DNA from: Anthoceros angustus
Lineage: Eukaryota; Plantae; Anthocerotophyta
Reading direction: 5' to 3'
DNA length: 64,000 nt
Assembly: GCA_010909165.1 (NCBI GenBank)
Contig: VJWM01000280.1
Span: forward strand, 1 to 64,000
Below the pieces are notes generated by a model. It searched no databases, was not told where the DNA came from, and saw nothing but the letters and a program-made list of their open reading frames with translations. A program made the position numbers and the translations under genes. Below are positions 11,715-22,992 of this stretch, piece after piece (positions within the stretch are counted from its first letter, which is position 1; the number at the start of each line of letters is the position of its first letter).

Positions 11715-11920
11715 TAGACAGCACGCCAGAGATCAGCCACCAGCAAGGTAAGCAAGTGCTGCAAGGCAGCCTCCGAGAAAGCAAAAACCCCAGCCACAGA
11801 ATCAATGTGAAACGCAAAATTCCTGAACACACCAACGCTGCAACTCTGATCCTTCTCCTCAGTAAGCAAAAGGGACCTGGAATATCACTATCCTAGCACC
11901 TATGCTGCAACAAGGGAAGT

Positions 11921-12284
11921 GATGGCTGCAAATAGCCAATTTCCCCAACTGAACCCTAAGTGCCCAACCTTTCCAAGGCATTCAGTCCTTGGATTGCACT
12001 CAGTAGACAAAAATGGTACCAACAGATTTGTCTCAACAAGGCGAACACTTTGGTATGCAAATCAGCGGAAACCGACCTGTGGATCGATCGCTATGAACGC
12101 TGATGGCTGCAAATAGCCAATTTCCACACCTGAACCCTAAGTGCTCAACCTCTCCAAGGCATTCAGTCCCTGGATTGCACTCGAAAGTAGACAAAAATGA
12201 TACCAACAGATTCGTCTCAACAAGGCGAACACTCTGGTATGCAAATCGACGGCAACCGACCTGTGGAGCGATCGCTATGAACGC
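11921..12284. repeat. ~180-bp tandem repeat x2 in the 5' leader of the nested element
   Basis: TGATGGCTGCAAATAGCCAATTTCC...ATCGCTATGAACGC at 11921 and 12101. Confidence 0.9.
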
Positions 12285-12448
12285 TGGAAGACTTGGGCAG
12301 CTTGCTGCAGATGAAATGCAGCTGCTTCTGCTGCACAATCAGGGCGTGTGGGGATGCTGCCTTGCTAGAGTTGCACGGCCGCCTCCACCAGCTCACTCGC
12401 CTCACACGTGAGCTCCAGCAATTGAAAGCAGTTGTCGAAGTAGACAAG

Positions 12449-13016
12449 CCAGCAGCGCTCACATGTGCTGTGGCGCACCTCGGTGCAAATACGAATCAAA
12501 GGGCTGCCCTACACGGGCTGCCTGGAGTTGGTAAATCCGTGACCTGCCGCAGCACCACACACATTGCAATCGTTCTGAGCCACATGCACACCAAAACCTT
12601 GCATTCCAATCAGAAATCCAGCAACACCGCGGTTTTGCGTGAGTCTCAGCAACATTCCCTTTCCACGGACTTCGACAACTGGTTGTTGCAGCTGCCATCG
12701 CCAGTCTTGAGGTCTTGGCCGCCATCATGAGCAAGCACCTCCTCTCGGTGTGATGAGGCCACCACCTCGCATGATCCTTTGGCCGTTGCAGCAGCGGGCT
12801 TCATGATGTAGCCCACGAGCCACCTGCCGGGTTTGCAGCCCTGGTTCTAGAAATGACCTAAATGGCCTAATAACCTATCCTGATAATGTCAGTTAAATAG
12901 CTTCATATGGGGTAAGCTAATTAATAGCTATTTCCTAATGGCCAAAATCACATATATAGCCAGCCTACCTCTAGGCTACTATATATATTCTTGTAAAACA
13001 AGTCTGGTGCCACGAC
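12449..13016. repeat. Split repeat A1 (5' terminal repeat of the nested element)
   Basis: Matches 3617-4165; the minus strand begins GTCGTGGCACCAGACTTGTTTTACAAGAATATATATAG. Confidence 0.93.
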
Positions 13017-13421
13017 GAGTCGCGACCTCGCGTTGCTGGGTGTGCCCTTCTCTCGATTCTTTGTTGGTAGTCGCTCGCCACTAGGGTTGTAAATTCCCCA
13101 CAGTACATGCGTCCGTTTCTCGGCCACCGTGGTGGAACTAGCCACCTCCCTTGACTACTCAAGCGTGGCATATTGTGAGCATCCTAGCATATATAGACAC
13201 CTTTTATTCTAAAATTCCCAATACCCAAGGACTCTATTTCTACCCACCCTGGGGTCAAACCTAAGGTCGAAAATTATTATTATCTCCAAGGGCCAAGGAC
13301 CATTCCGTATAAAAGACGACTCGACGATTCTCAAAGCACTTTGCTATTCTAACACATCCAAAACAAAAAAATCGTTCATCGACACTTGGAGGCGGGGTTA
13401 GTGCACATGTGGTCTTCCACA
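13017..13421 (-). repeat. 3' LTR of outer element, second part
   Basis: Matches ~22473-22876 and ends GGTCTTCCACA. Confidence 0.93.
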
Positions 13422-13436
13422 TACTCCCCTTCTCAT
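13422..13436 (-). other. Polypurine tract of outer element
   Basis: Minus strand ...ATGAGAAGGGGAGTA directly precedes the TGTGGAAG LTR start. Confidence 0.85.
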
Positions 13437-13449
13437 TTGTTGGCGTCCT

Positions 13450-14620
13450 CGCCAACTTATTGGTAATATTCTTGACCCGCCAACCGTTGTGGCGTTGGCG
13501 GTGAGCCACTAAAATCTTGGAGTTGAATTGATCCGTTGTCGAAAACTTCGAAAACTACGAAGGGCCCCATCCATCGAGATGTAATTTACAGGAAATGCAT
13601 GTATCGGTTATCATATAGTAAAGCGGATCCCGGGAACAACGTATTCTTGGCCTTCAATCTCTTGTCGTGCCACTCCTTCCTCCTTTCTTTGGACATCCGC
13701 ATAACTTGGAGGCTTGTTCTCTGTCCTCCGTGTGTCGTCAAAAACCCTTTCCAAGCGACTTTCCTCCACCGGCATTCGACTTGGTTCCTGTATTCTCGGT
13801 GGAACTTGAATTCTATTGGCATGACGAATGCCGTAAGTAAGATAATCTGAGGTTTGCGTTGTCACTTTTCGGTCGATGCCAGTCTTGAATGCGATTTCAT
13901 ATCGATCATACGCATAGGCTGTGAGTTTGGTTAGGATCTTGCACAACAAGCCATTTGCCTTTTTCGGCCCATTGGCTTTTGGGTTATAAAGGCGTGGACT
14001 TCACAGCGGCGTTGAAGTGGCTGGTCATGTTGGAGATTACCTGATTGACGAAATGTGTTCCTCTGTCCGACCAGCTCCGGTAGGACCATATCGGTGATGA
14101 TTTGCTCGAACAGAATCGCCCGACGTGCGCCGAATCTACCGGCAGTGCCTGTGCTTCTACCATCCGCGTACAGTAATCTGTGGCCACCAGGATGTATTGG
14201 TTTTGGCGAGCCTTGGTTTTGGGCTGGATAGGACCGACAAAATCGATTCCCCATTTCTCGAATGGTGCGGTGCAAGTATGGGGACAAGGGGCCATTGGGT
14301 TGTTCTTTGTTGGCTTGCCGACCCTTTGTAGCGTCACGGCTTCACGAACTCCTTGGCATCCTTGTACATTGTAGGCCAAATACCGACCTCAAAATTTTCC
14401 GCATGTGACATGCGCGGCATAATGACCTCCGCCTCTTCTTCGTGTAAAGAGCTCGGGACTCGCTCACGCTTGATGTGTACCCTAACCGCTCCCGTCCGGG
14501 CTCGGTATAAATTCATATTGTGCCGTGTGAATGGTGCGGAGTAGTGACAACGCTTTGAATCATGTCTTGGATAGATGTGGAGGAATTTGGCCCGTGCCAA
14601 GATAATCGTATATCTCGATA
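13450..14620 (-). pseudogene. pol: Integrase of outer element (degenerate)
   Basis: [83 protein letters not shown]. Confidence 0.88.
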
Positions 14621-14699
14621 TGTTGGTCTTGAAGCCACTCCTCCCTTCTCAATCGATCTGGCTCTCCTCCTTCCGAGGCCCTTCGTTGGTTTGCAACTC

Positions 14700-15900
14700 C
14701 TGCGAGCGTGTCTCATCGGGAAAGTCGTCTTCTGGTCCTTTCCACCTTCCTGTTTTCAATCGAGATATGAAGTCGGCATTGATATGCTTCCTACCTCTCT
14801 CGTTTCCTTTGTGAAGGTAAACTCACAGGCGGCAAGATCCAGGCTATCGTCCGAAAGGTCGGGTTTATTCACAAGGTGTTTCAAGGCAAAGTGGTCAACA
14901 TGGAACACAAATTCATACGAGAGGAGGTAGTGTCGAATTTCGACCGAGTAAACCATTCCCGATTGCTTGGCGCTCCGTGGTGGTATACTTTCGCTCGCGT
15001 CCGTTAGTTGTCTCCGGCATAGTAGATCGGAAAATCCTTCTTCTTCTCATCCGGCTAAGGGGCCAATTGCAAATCTTTGAAACATCAAGCGTGGAACTTC
15101 TTACTCGATCCGGTCCTTTAGCGTGGGGCTGTAGCGATTGTGTGCGTAAGTCACGAATGCTTCCTCCGTTCGTCGTCCATTCCCTCACAGTCCTTCCTTA
15201 ACAAGCTCGTTAGTGGGGCGGCCCGCTTGGCGAAATTTGGAGCAAGCGTCTATAATGCGACCATCCCGGGAACCCGCGGAGTTCCTTTAGCGTTGTTGGT
15301 GCTCTAAGGGTGGCGATGACCTTTACCTTGTCCGGATCTACTTCTATACCTCGGCTTGAAAATTGATGCTAGCGAATTCCCTCGACATGCAGTAGCACTT
15401 TTACGGATGCGAGCATAATTGCGTTGCTCGGCGGCGCTCCGAGGCCGGAGGTGCGGCGGATGGTCCAGCGGCCGAATCGCGAAGTCGTCGGAAAACTTCC
15501 ATAAAGTCGCGGAGGAAGTCCTTGAAAATTTTTGGCGATGGCTCGCATGAAGGACCCGGTGCTCCGTCAACCCTCATGCGCTTGTAAGCATATGTCCCCG
15601 ATCGGTTGTAAAAGCGGTCGAGGCCAATCGCTCTCCCTAAGGTGCGGTGATTATACCCAGTACCGTCTAGGAATGAATCGCCGCCACACTGCGACGGATC
15701 CGAGGATATTATCGATGAAGGGTAGCGGAAAGTGATCCTTCTTGGTGACTTTATTCAACCTTCTCTCACGACAAACTCGGATTTTGCACAGGCGCCTCTT
15801 AGGTACTACCACTATTGGAGCCACCCATTCGGTATTGACTATAGGATAGATCACGTCGCCTTGAGGTACATCTCCAAGCGATCCTTTACCTTGAGGAGTA
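14700..15900 (-). pseudogene. pol: RT/RNase H of outer element (heavily degraded)
   Basis: IYPIVNTEWVAPIVVVPK, RRLNKVTKKDHFPLPFIDNIL, VYSVEIRHYLLSYEFVFHVDHFALKHLVNKPDL. Confidence 0.8.
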
Positions 15901-16539
15901 CTTGGATTTAACTTGTCTTGTGGAATCCTTCGGATTGCTCACGGTTCCAGTCAATCCTATGCTCCCCATTCTTTGGGGATCCCTTCATGTCATTACCTCG
16001 GCGAAAACATCGATGAATTACGCAGCGGTTGCTTCATTCCTTCCTCCAACGCCGCATCCATTGTTCGGAGAATTTGAGCACCTTCCGGAAGAACCTCAAC
16101 GTCCTTGACTTCATCTGTACCACTCGCGCTCTCTCGGTGCGGTGCTAACCCGAATCCTTCTTACGGCTCCGCGGTTCCTCTTCTCTCATGCCCCATTCCC
16201 TAAACAAATCCTCCGCTGCGTGGCGCCTCCTCCGGCTTTCTCCACTGCTGTTAATCCCCGGACCCCTTGCGGAGCATTCGGCGGTTACCCGTAACGACCC
16301 TCGGGGTTAATTGTATATGGGATATCTCTGTAGTCCGCTCCTCATCGAGACCATGAGATGTGTGCGAGCAGGAACCTATCTTCCTCTTCCCCATCTCCCG
16401 GACGTGTCCTCTGCGAGTGTACCCTGTTTGATTGGAGTTTCACTGCATACATGTCCTTACTCACGATAGGCACATCCTTCCCTCCTTGGTCTTGGGATCC
16501 CATTCCAGCGGTTTAAAACCGACTTCCTTCCCCACTTGG

Positions 16540-16830
16540 CGTGCATTGCGATCGTACATCCATGTTCGGCCAATTAGGACGTCGTGCCACAGCGATTTTT
16601 TGGATGACTACATAATCCATCAAGTAGGGATGGTTCCAATGGTCGTTAGCACCTGTCGGTTCCCCGGCACCATTACGGACATGTCTAGCCTCAAAACCTT
16701 GGTAGTATGTTCAATATCCAAGCCCAATTTCCTAGCCGTGTCTTACGTCATAATATTTACACCCGACCGTGTCGAGAGGCACTCCTTTGATGACACATCC
16801 GAAATTTCCACAGGTTGGTGGGCCTTGATC
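16540..16830 (-). pseudogene. pol: Aspartic protease of outer element
   Basis: Minus-strand GVPLD..SGVNIMT.DTARKLGL...DVLIGRTW. Confidence 0.65.
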
Positions 16831-17299
16831 CACCATGGATACCAAGTTCACCGAGCGGCGGGTATAGGAACATTGCGCCTCTTTTGGGTTGCGCCTCTTT
16901 TAACGCCCTCGATCATTGCCTATACGCGGATTGTCTCGGAGGAGTTGTCGAATGTGATCATGAAATGTTGGTCCATGATGGCCTCGGCGAGATTGAAAAG
17001 CGGTGGCCATGACCTTCGCCATCCGAGTTTGGTTGGTGTGGGTTCCCCGGTTCGTCATGACTTGGGTACGGTGGCCCTTCCGGTGGGGTGGTGGACTCCC
17101 ACAGGGTGGTGGAAATCGACACCCCGCCTTTTCCCGTAGCCTCCCTTGCCAATTCTTCTTGTATCATATCCATGACTTCTCCCGTCGTCCGGTGGAAACC
17201 CTAACTCGGTTCGGTAACTTTCTCGAAATCGGTGGGGTTCCACCCCTTCTGACTTCGTCGTGACCCTTCATTCACCTTTCCGCTGGAACACTCAATGTC

Positions 17300-19190
17300 T
17301 CATGCATCACTCTTTTGCACATATGGTCCATCCGCCAAGTCACTGCGGGACTTGTTTTTTAATCTTTGGCCAGCGTTCCGGTGTTGGTATTTCGCCCAGT
17401 GGTGGCGACACTCTCCCTCATCCGATCCGTGGTCGTATCCGCCTCCTTTCTTCTTTTTTCCCCATCGCCTCTCTTTTGCTTTTGTGCTCCTTGTTCTATG
17501 ACCATGGCGGAGGCTTCCCCATAATAATCGCTTCCTCTGCGTCTAATCCCTCCAAGCTCCTCGGGGTTCCAATCTCGGCATCCTCCCATACCGCCATAAG
17601 TGCATCCTCAACATGCATGGCGGACAGGACTTGGGTTTGGTCTTGGTGAACTCCCGTTACGGGTGGGCTGCGATCCTCACCGTCTTTACGGGGCTTTGGC
17701 GAGCACACTTCACCAAATGCCCTGCTTCAATCTTGACATAGTTTATCAAAATCTCCATTGCCACCAGTTGGATAAGGCATTTGTGAGCATAGTGTCAGGT
17801 TAGTTGTAGCACAAGGCATTGTTATTGTTACCCGGATTCTGACGCCTACCCGTGGAATTCGTGAGGTTGGCGGGTACATGGTCTTTGGGTACACTTGGGT
17901 TGGTGAACCTCCACGGATCGATATGTATCTTCCAGGACCCTCTTCCTCCTCTTCCTCATATCCCGGCGGGTGTACCCTTGTCGTCGGACAATTAGCTTTG
18001 GAGTGTCCTGCTGCCCACACGTTGAGCAGAAGAGGTTGGCTCGTGGGTTCGTGTGACTCTCCGCCTCTCATGTTCCTTGACCGCATTAAGATGGAATTTC
18101 GAATTTTGCCATCATCTCCTCCATCTTGTTCCCTGTTGTTCTACTTTCTTGGCTGCTACCTCGGCCTCCCTTCTCCTTTATTCGCGTCCTTTTTGCATCG
18201 CGCCTCTGTTTGCCTTGCCCCTTGTCCTTGTTGTCACCACCCTTCATTTCTTTTTTCCATTTGGCGCTCCTCATCGATGGCGCTCCTCCAGAGTCACTTT
18301 CCTCCTCGAGGAACTGAATCTTGAGCTTTCTCTGATGAACTTCCTTAGGGATGAGGAATCCTTCTTTTTTCGATCTCTCGGCTTCTTCTTCTCCTTCTTA
18401 GCCTCCTCCTCCCGGGTTGGATTCCTCATAGTTTAGCGCCTTGATAGCCTTGCCCAAATTCTTCTCCGCTTGTAACCTTCGTGTCTCCCATCTTAGAACC
18501 CGGGCCTTTAGCGAACCACCGTGTACTGCAACTCGAGGGCCACTTGCGATCGCGTGGTGAACCTCTCCACATAGGCGCAAGGTTTCCTTCTTTTCCTCTC
18601 TGCCTTTTCAAGCTTGGACAACACGTATCCCTCGTCCCCCAAACCTCTCCAGGCGGTTTTAATTCTTCATAGGTTGGAGGTGTGGCTAACTTGAGGTATT
18701 CGCCTATCTGGACCCCGAAGAACTCCATAGAACAATGAATCTGTTGGCATCTCTCTTCTGGTTTGCAAATGTTGCTCAAAGCGCTCAACAAATTCATCGG
18801 GTCTTCATACCCCTTCCCTCTCCATACGGTAAGGTTGCTTGGTGGTGACCACCACCGTGTGGTGGTCATGACTATCGTTATTTGGTGATGGGTCCAACAC
18901 GTTTCCGCGGAGTTGTTGATCGATTGATCGCACACACACAGGAAGGTCGGTTGGAATTGGTCGAGGTTCCTTGGCGGTGGTACCTCGTCCAAGTCCGAGG
19001 TTGGGGATCTTGCTCCAACAAGATCGGACCCCTCGTTGCTTCCTTCTTCTCCCCAGTGCGTCTTCCAATTGGATCCTCCTCAACTCGCGGTTTGCAACCC
19101 AACCTTTCCAAGCCGTTGCCGCTTGGCTTGTGGCCTTTCCGTCCGACTTGACTCGAACCCTCGACTCAACCGTGGCATCCATCTACCTAA
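17300..19190 (-). pseudogene. gag: gag of outer element
   Basis: WRGKGYEDPMN...TPPTYEELK capsid-like region; zinc knuckle CSTCGQQ.HSKANCP at ~17985-18030. Boundaries approximate. Confidence 0.7.
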
Positions 19191-19250
19191 CTAGATACAC
19201 TCCAAAACTAGACACCTAAGCTATGGTTAGTCCCCTATAACAGTTTCATT

Positions 19251-19265
19251 CCCGGCAGCGCGCCA
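19251..19265 (-). other. Primer binding site, tRNA-Asp type
   Basis: Minus strand CCACA-TTT-TGGCGCGCTGCCGGG resembles the Athila-type PBS TGGCGCCGTTGCCGGG. Confidence 0.8.
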
Positions 19266-20449
19266 AAATGTGGAATGGGTTTTGCATCCAAAAGGCGCCA
19301 CATTTACCCTCTATGTCGTTATAGTCCTAGGATTCGATCCCAAGGGAATGGTGTTGTGTCAAGGTGTGCTAAATCTATGGATTCTAGACCTACCCTGCTT
19401 TCCTACCCACCTTCTCCCACCACTAACTCACCTGCACCGACTCGCCACCTGGTTGACTCAACCGGCGGGCCCGCCAGACGCGCGTCTTCCTGACCACCAC
19501 ACGGCCGCCTCTATCTCTTACACACGCCTGACTCTCTACTCTAATTCCTCCTCTCCTAGGGGCTCGGACACCTCCTCTTCTCGACTCTTCCCCTCTCTCA
19601 CTCCTCGCTTTCCCTCCTCTTTCTATTACTCGCGTTTCCTCAATCGCAACCACAATCCTCTACCCGACCTCTTCTTCCAATGAACCTCTCCCCCACATAC
19701 CCTCTCTCCCTTTTCCCGGGCCACCTGACTCCCACGGGCCACAGACCCCTCCTCATGGAATGAACACACCTGGCGGTTGGAAGAGGATCGGGAAAACCCG
19801 AGTGCTTGGGCGATTCGCCTTCCGATTCACCCCGATCCGGCAACCCTTCTTTCTTTTGGCGCTACCTTCCGGGCGTGGAGCTTGGCCACTCCGCTCTCGA
19901 CCATCCGAGATCTTCCGGCCTTCTTGTGAGAAGGCGGTGCGCGAACCCGTTTGATCTTGACGGGTCTCCAATCAACCCCACGAGGTTCGATACGGAAGTT
20001 CACACACGAAATCGTCTTTGAGAGACACCCAAAGGGTCTCTTATACATCGGTGGTCCAACACGACTCACTTCTCTTTAGTGTCTAAAATTGTAGCTCCTA
20101 CCACGGCGCCTTACCAATCTAAGCAACAACGACTCTGGTGATGGAACTCCCTATCCTCTGAAAAACCCGGTCCTAGGCTATCGCGACTCCCCTAAAATCA
20201 GCTGCCGCCTCGCGATTCTTTGCCTCGCCCTCGGCCCATGGGGACCCCTCTCGCTCTTGACCTCGCCTCGATCCGGCGATTTTCCCCACAACCTCCACCT
20301 CACTCTCCTGAGTTTCCCTCGCGCCTTCCAGCGGACGTTGCCTTTGTGACCTCTATGTCCATTGTCCGCTCCTCCTCATTTGGACAACCATCGTGCTCCT
20401 CCCTCCATGCTCGCTGCGCCTCGCTCATCTCTTCCGGCACCACTTGCGG

Positions 20450-22239
20450 AGGATAGGCGCCCGCTCCTACTCGAAGGAACCAGTGTAGCGTGGCGGTCAA
20501 GATGTCTGACCCGTGGTTTACGCCCCTCCTGTCCCAACAACCACATACACGTTTAGAGTGAGCACCTCACCATGCGGCGGCCGAGGACATGAGCATCCTC
20601 ATCCGGACGCCCGTAACTGTCGCCCCTTCGATCGGTCCTTACCCTCTCCTCCGTGGACAATCACAGGCGGCTGCTGTTGATTCTCCGGATCATCCCTCCA
20701 TCTGCGACACTCCGGTGACTTCCCCACCTCGGTTCCCGTTCCACGGTGGCTGGTTTAGCCACCGTGGTGGTTACTTCCCCCGGTGGTTGCTTGGCTCTGC
20801 GGTGGGCGCTCGGCCTTTCTTGGTTTGGCCACCTCTCTCTTGACTCGGCCCTAACCGTCTCTTCCGCTTGTACCTCTCCATGACTTCTTGAATTTCTCCA
20901 AGGCGCCATCGCTTCCACTGCTCTGGACTCGAGACCTCATCTTGAAGCTCTTCAATTGTAGCATCGCCCCTTGACTGATTTACTAAAGCTCTGCTGAGTG
21001 GACATGTGCCTTGCTCCTGTGCCTTGCATAAGGCCGCACTCCGTCTGCGCTCCTCGGCCGCCTTGCTCTCGCCTTCCGGGCTTCCAACTTCTCCTTGAGC
21101 AACTTCTCCTGTTGGCCTCGGCCGGTGAGAGCCATGGGCTTGATCGAGGAGATCCGCTGCGTCATGCCATGGCAGTCAAACCACCAAATCCCCAAATTGG
21201 GCTGTCCCTTGCCCATCCGCCTCCACAACAATTCGTGCGGTGTCTCCTATCCCCACCTCGGGACGGTTCGGTGAAATGTCGCCAAAAATGTCCGGAGCTC
21301 GTTGCGGTCTCGGCTGAAGTTAACCCTCCTCTCCTAGGGGTTGGTGCCTTGCCTCTTCCCCCGCTCATTCTCCCTAGCGGCTTCATTGCACACAGGAGGA
21401 GCAACACCATTTCCCTTTATTTTCCTCCTTACCCGCGTTCCTGCTGCGTCTTGACTGGTGACCACAGGTGTGTATGTGGGTTCCTCCTCTGCTGGTGTCC
21501 TCCCCTTTCATCCCGTTCGCGCGTGCCGCTTCTTACCCTTGGAAACTTCCCCACCCTCTTAGAACCTTCCGAGGCGCACTCTGGAATCCTTGCCCGAATC
21601 CTCCTTCAATTCCTCCTCTTCTACCTTGAGTTCACGGCTTCCAACCATGCGGGCGGACCGACTTCAACTCAGTTAAACACCGGAATGCGCAAATACATGA
21701 ATCGGAAAAGGCGAAATCAAGGAGGGCCGAGGGAAGAGAGAGTAAGTCGCCTTCTCCTCACAGGCTCTTTCGAAAATCATCCTCCCCAATCAATTTGTGT
21801 ACCCTTGACCACCTCGTGAAGAAAAACCAAGAAGTGATCCGCCATATGATCCGACTTAGGTTACAGAAACACAAAATCCATTTGGCCAATCCCACGGTGA
21901 CACGAGTTGGCGAGTCACCCATTGTTCACTCTCACTTCCCGGGCTTCATGGCGGCGCTGCGGCTTTCAAGGTCTTCTTTCTGGGGTCAATCACCAAGCTC
22001 CCATCTTCGATGCTTCGCCCATGCTTTGCTCGAAGAGGCCAAATCCAGTTCTGCGGCCTTTTCCTCGCGTCACCCTCTTGCGACTTGGTCCTTAATTGCG
22101 GGCGCACTCTTGCACCAATCACGCGTAGCACCATTTCTTCTCCATGAACTTGACCCGGCTCACACGGTGCCGGCTCTCACTTTCCGATGGTCCATGTTGG
22201 GCCGCTGCGTGAGTGAGATTTCGGCGGCTCGGGCGCCAT
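20450..22239 (-). pseudogene. Second copy of the LTR-embedded accessory ORF
   Basis: ATG at 22239 (MAPEPP/R...); same DHFLVFLHEVVKGTQIDWG and QQEKLLKEKLE segments as 1400-3249. The 3' end is approximate. Confidence 0.6.
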
Positions 22240-22644
22240 CTCCTTCTCGTTGTTTCCCAAAACAAAACCTCGACTACCTCCTAGTTAAGAGAAAAAAAAA
22301 TCGAGCCGCCCTCGCGCTCCTTCCACGCCTCCTCGCGAACTTGCGGCGATTTCTCTCCTCCGCCGCCGCCGCTCTGTCACGATCGTCGCGCCTTCCTCCT
22401 GCAGTGAGGCGGATTTGGCTGGCGTGGTTGCGCGCGCCCCTCTTCTGCGGCTCGCTCAGCCCCTCACGGAAAGTCGCGACCTCGCGTCTTGGGTGTGCCC
22501 TTCTCTCGATTGCGCTCCGGTGGTAGTCCCGCTCCGCCACTAGGGTTGTAAATTCCCACAGTGCATGCGTCCGTTTCTCGGCCACCGTGGTGGAACTAGC
22601 CACCACCCCTTGACTACTCAAGCGGCATATTGTGAGCATCCCTA

Positions 22645-22654
22645 GCATATATAG
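22645..22654 (-). promoter_or_regulatory. Candidate TATA box of the outer LTR
   Basis: Minus strand GTCTATATATGCTAGG, ~225 bp from the LTR 5' end; also present at ~13190. Confidence 0.4.
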
Positions 22655-22876
22655 ACACCTTTTATTCTAAAATTCCCAATACCCAAGGACTCTATTTCTA
22701 CCCACCTCGGGTCAAACCTAAGGTCGAAAAATTATTATTATCTCCAAGGGCCAAGGACCATTCCGTATAAAAGACGACTCGGGCGATTCTCAAAGCACTT
22801 TGCTATTCTAACACATCCAAAACAAAAAAATCGTTCATCACACGGAGGTTGGTTAGTGCACATGTGGTCTTCCACA

Positions 22877-22992
22877 CAAGGTTTCGTCGATGTGGCGTTC
22901 TTCTAACACTAGACCGCACCACTAAATCTTGTCTCGGACCTGCGTCCTCATAAATCTGTCTTTATCTTGCACTCTAGACATTTCGACTCCAT
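22877..22992 (-). pseudogene. TFIIB: 5' fragment of a TFIIB-like gene cut by the retrotransposon insertion
   Basis: ATG at 22992, MESKCLECKIK...CGLVLEER; the sequence stops at the LTR end inside the DETLEY codons (CAAGGTTTCGTCG). Confidence 0.85.

Larger units (their letters stand above)
3486..13017 (-). mobile_element. Nested Ty3/Gypsy retrotransposon encoding a C5 DNA methyltransferase and a PHD-tailed integrase, with split direct repeats
   Basis: Host LTR stops at GGAAA (3485) and resumes at (GA)GTCGCGACC (~13017-13019). Minus strand reads gag (2 CCHC)-PR-DNMT-RT-RH-INT-PHD. Ends are TG(TCG)TG...CACGAC(A). Confidence 0.92.
1..22876 (-). mobile_element. Athila-like (non-chromovirus Ty3/Gypsy) LTR retrotransposon; left end lies ~30 bp outside the window
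   Basis: Long direct repeats (1-3485 + 13017-13421 vs 19269-22876) with TGTGGAA...TTCCACA termini, tRNA-Asp-type PBS, PPT, and gag-PR-RT-RH-INT order on the minus strand. Integrase tail WHDKRLKAK...LLYDNR...NGWRVK resembles Athila. Confidence 0.92.
19269..22876 (-). repeat. 5' LTR of outer element (~3.6 kb)
   Basis: TGTGGAA (19269) ... TTCCACA (22876) inverted termini; homologous to the split left LTR. Confidence 0.95.

Noticed and set aside
14400-16400. Unusually short, scrambled RT region suggesting a novel pol
   Set aside because: Recognisable RT/RH motifs remain in normal order; heavy decay or poor consensus explains it.
338-22526. Many long plus-strand ORFs in the ORF track (e.g. 2159-2824, 2461-3162, 16432-17139, 20998-21819, 21795-22526)
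   Set aside because: They are antisense shadows of minus-strand retrotransposon coding sequence or GC-rich LTR; no recognisable motifs.
1-22876. Dating the outer element from LTR divergence
   Set aside because: Most visible differences are small indels typical of read error, so any age would be unreliable.
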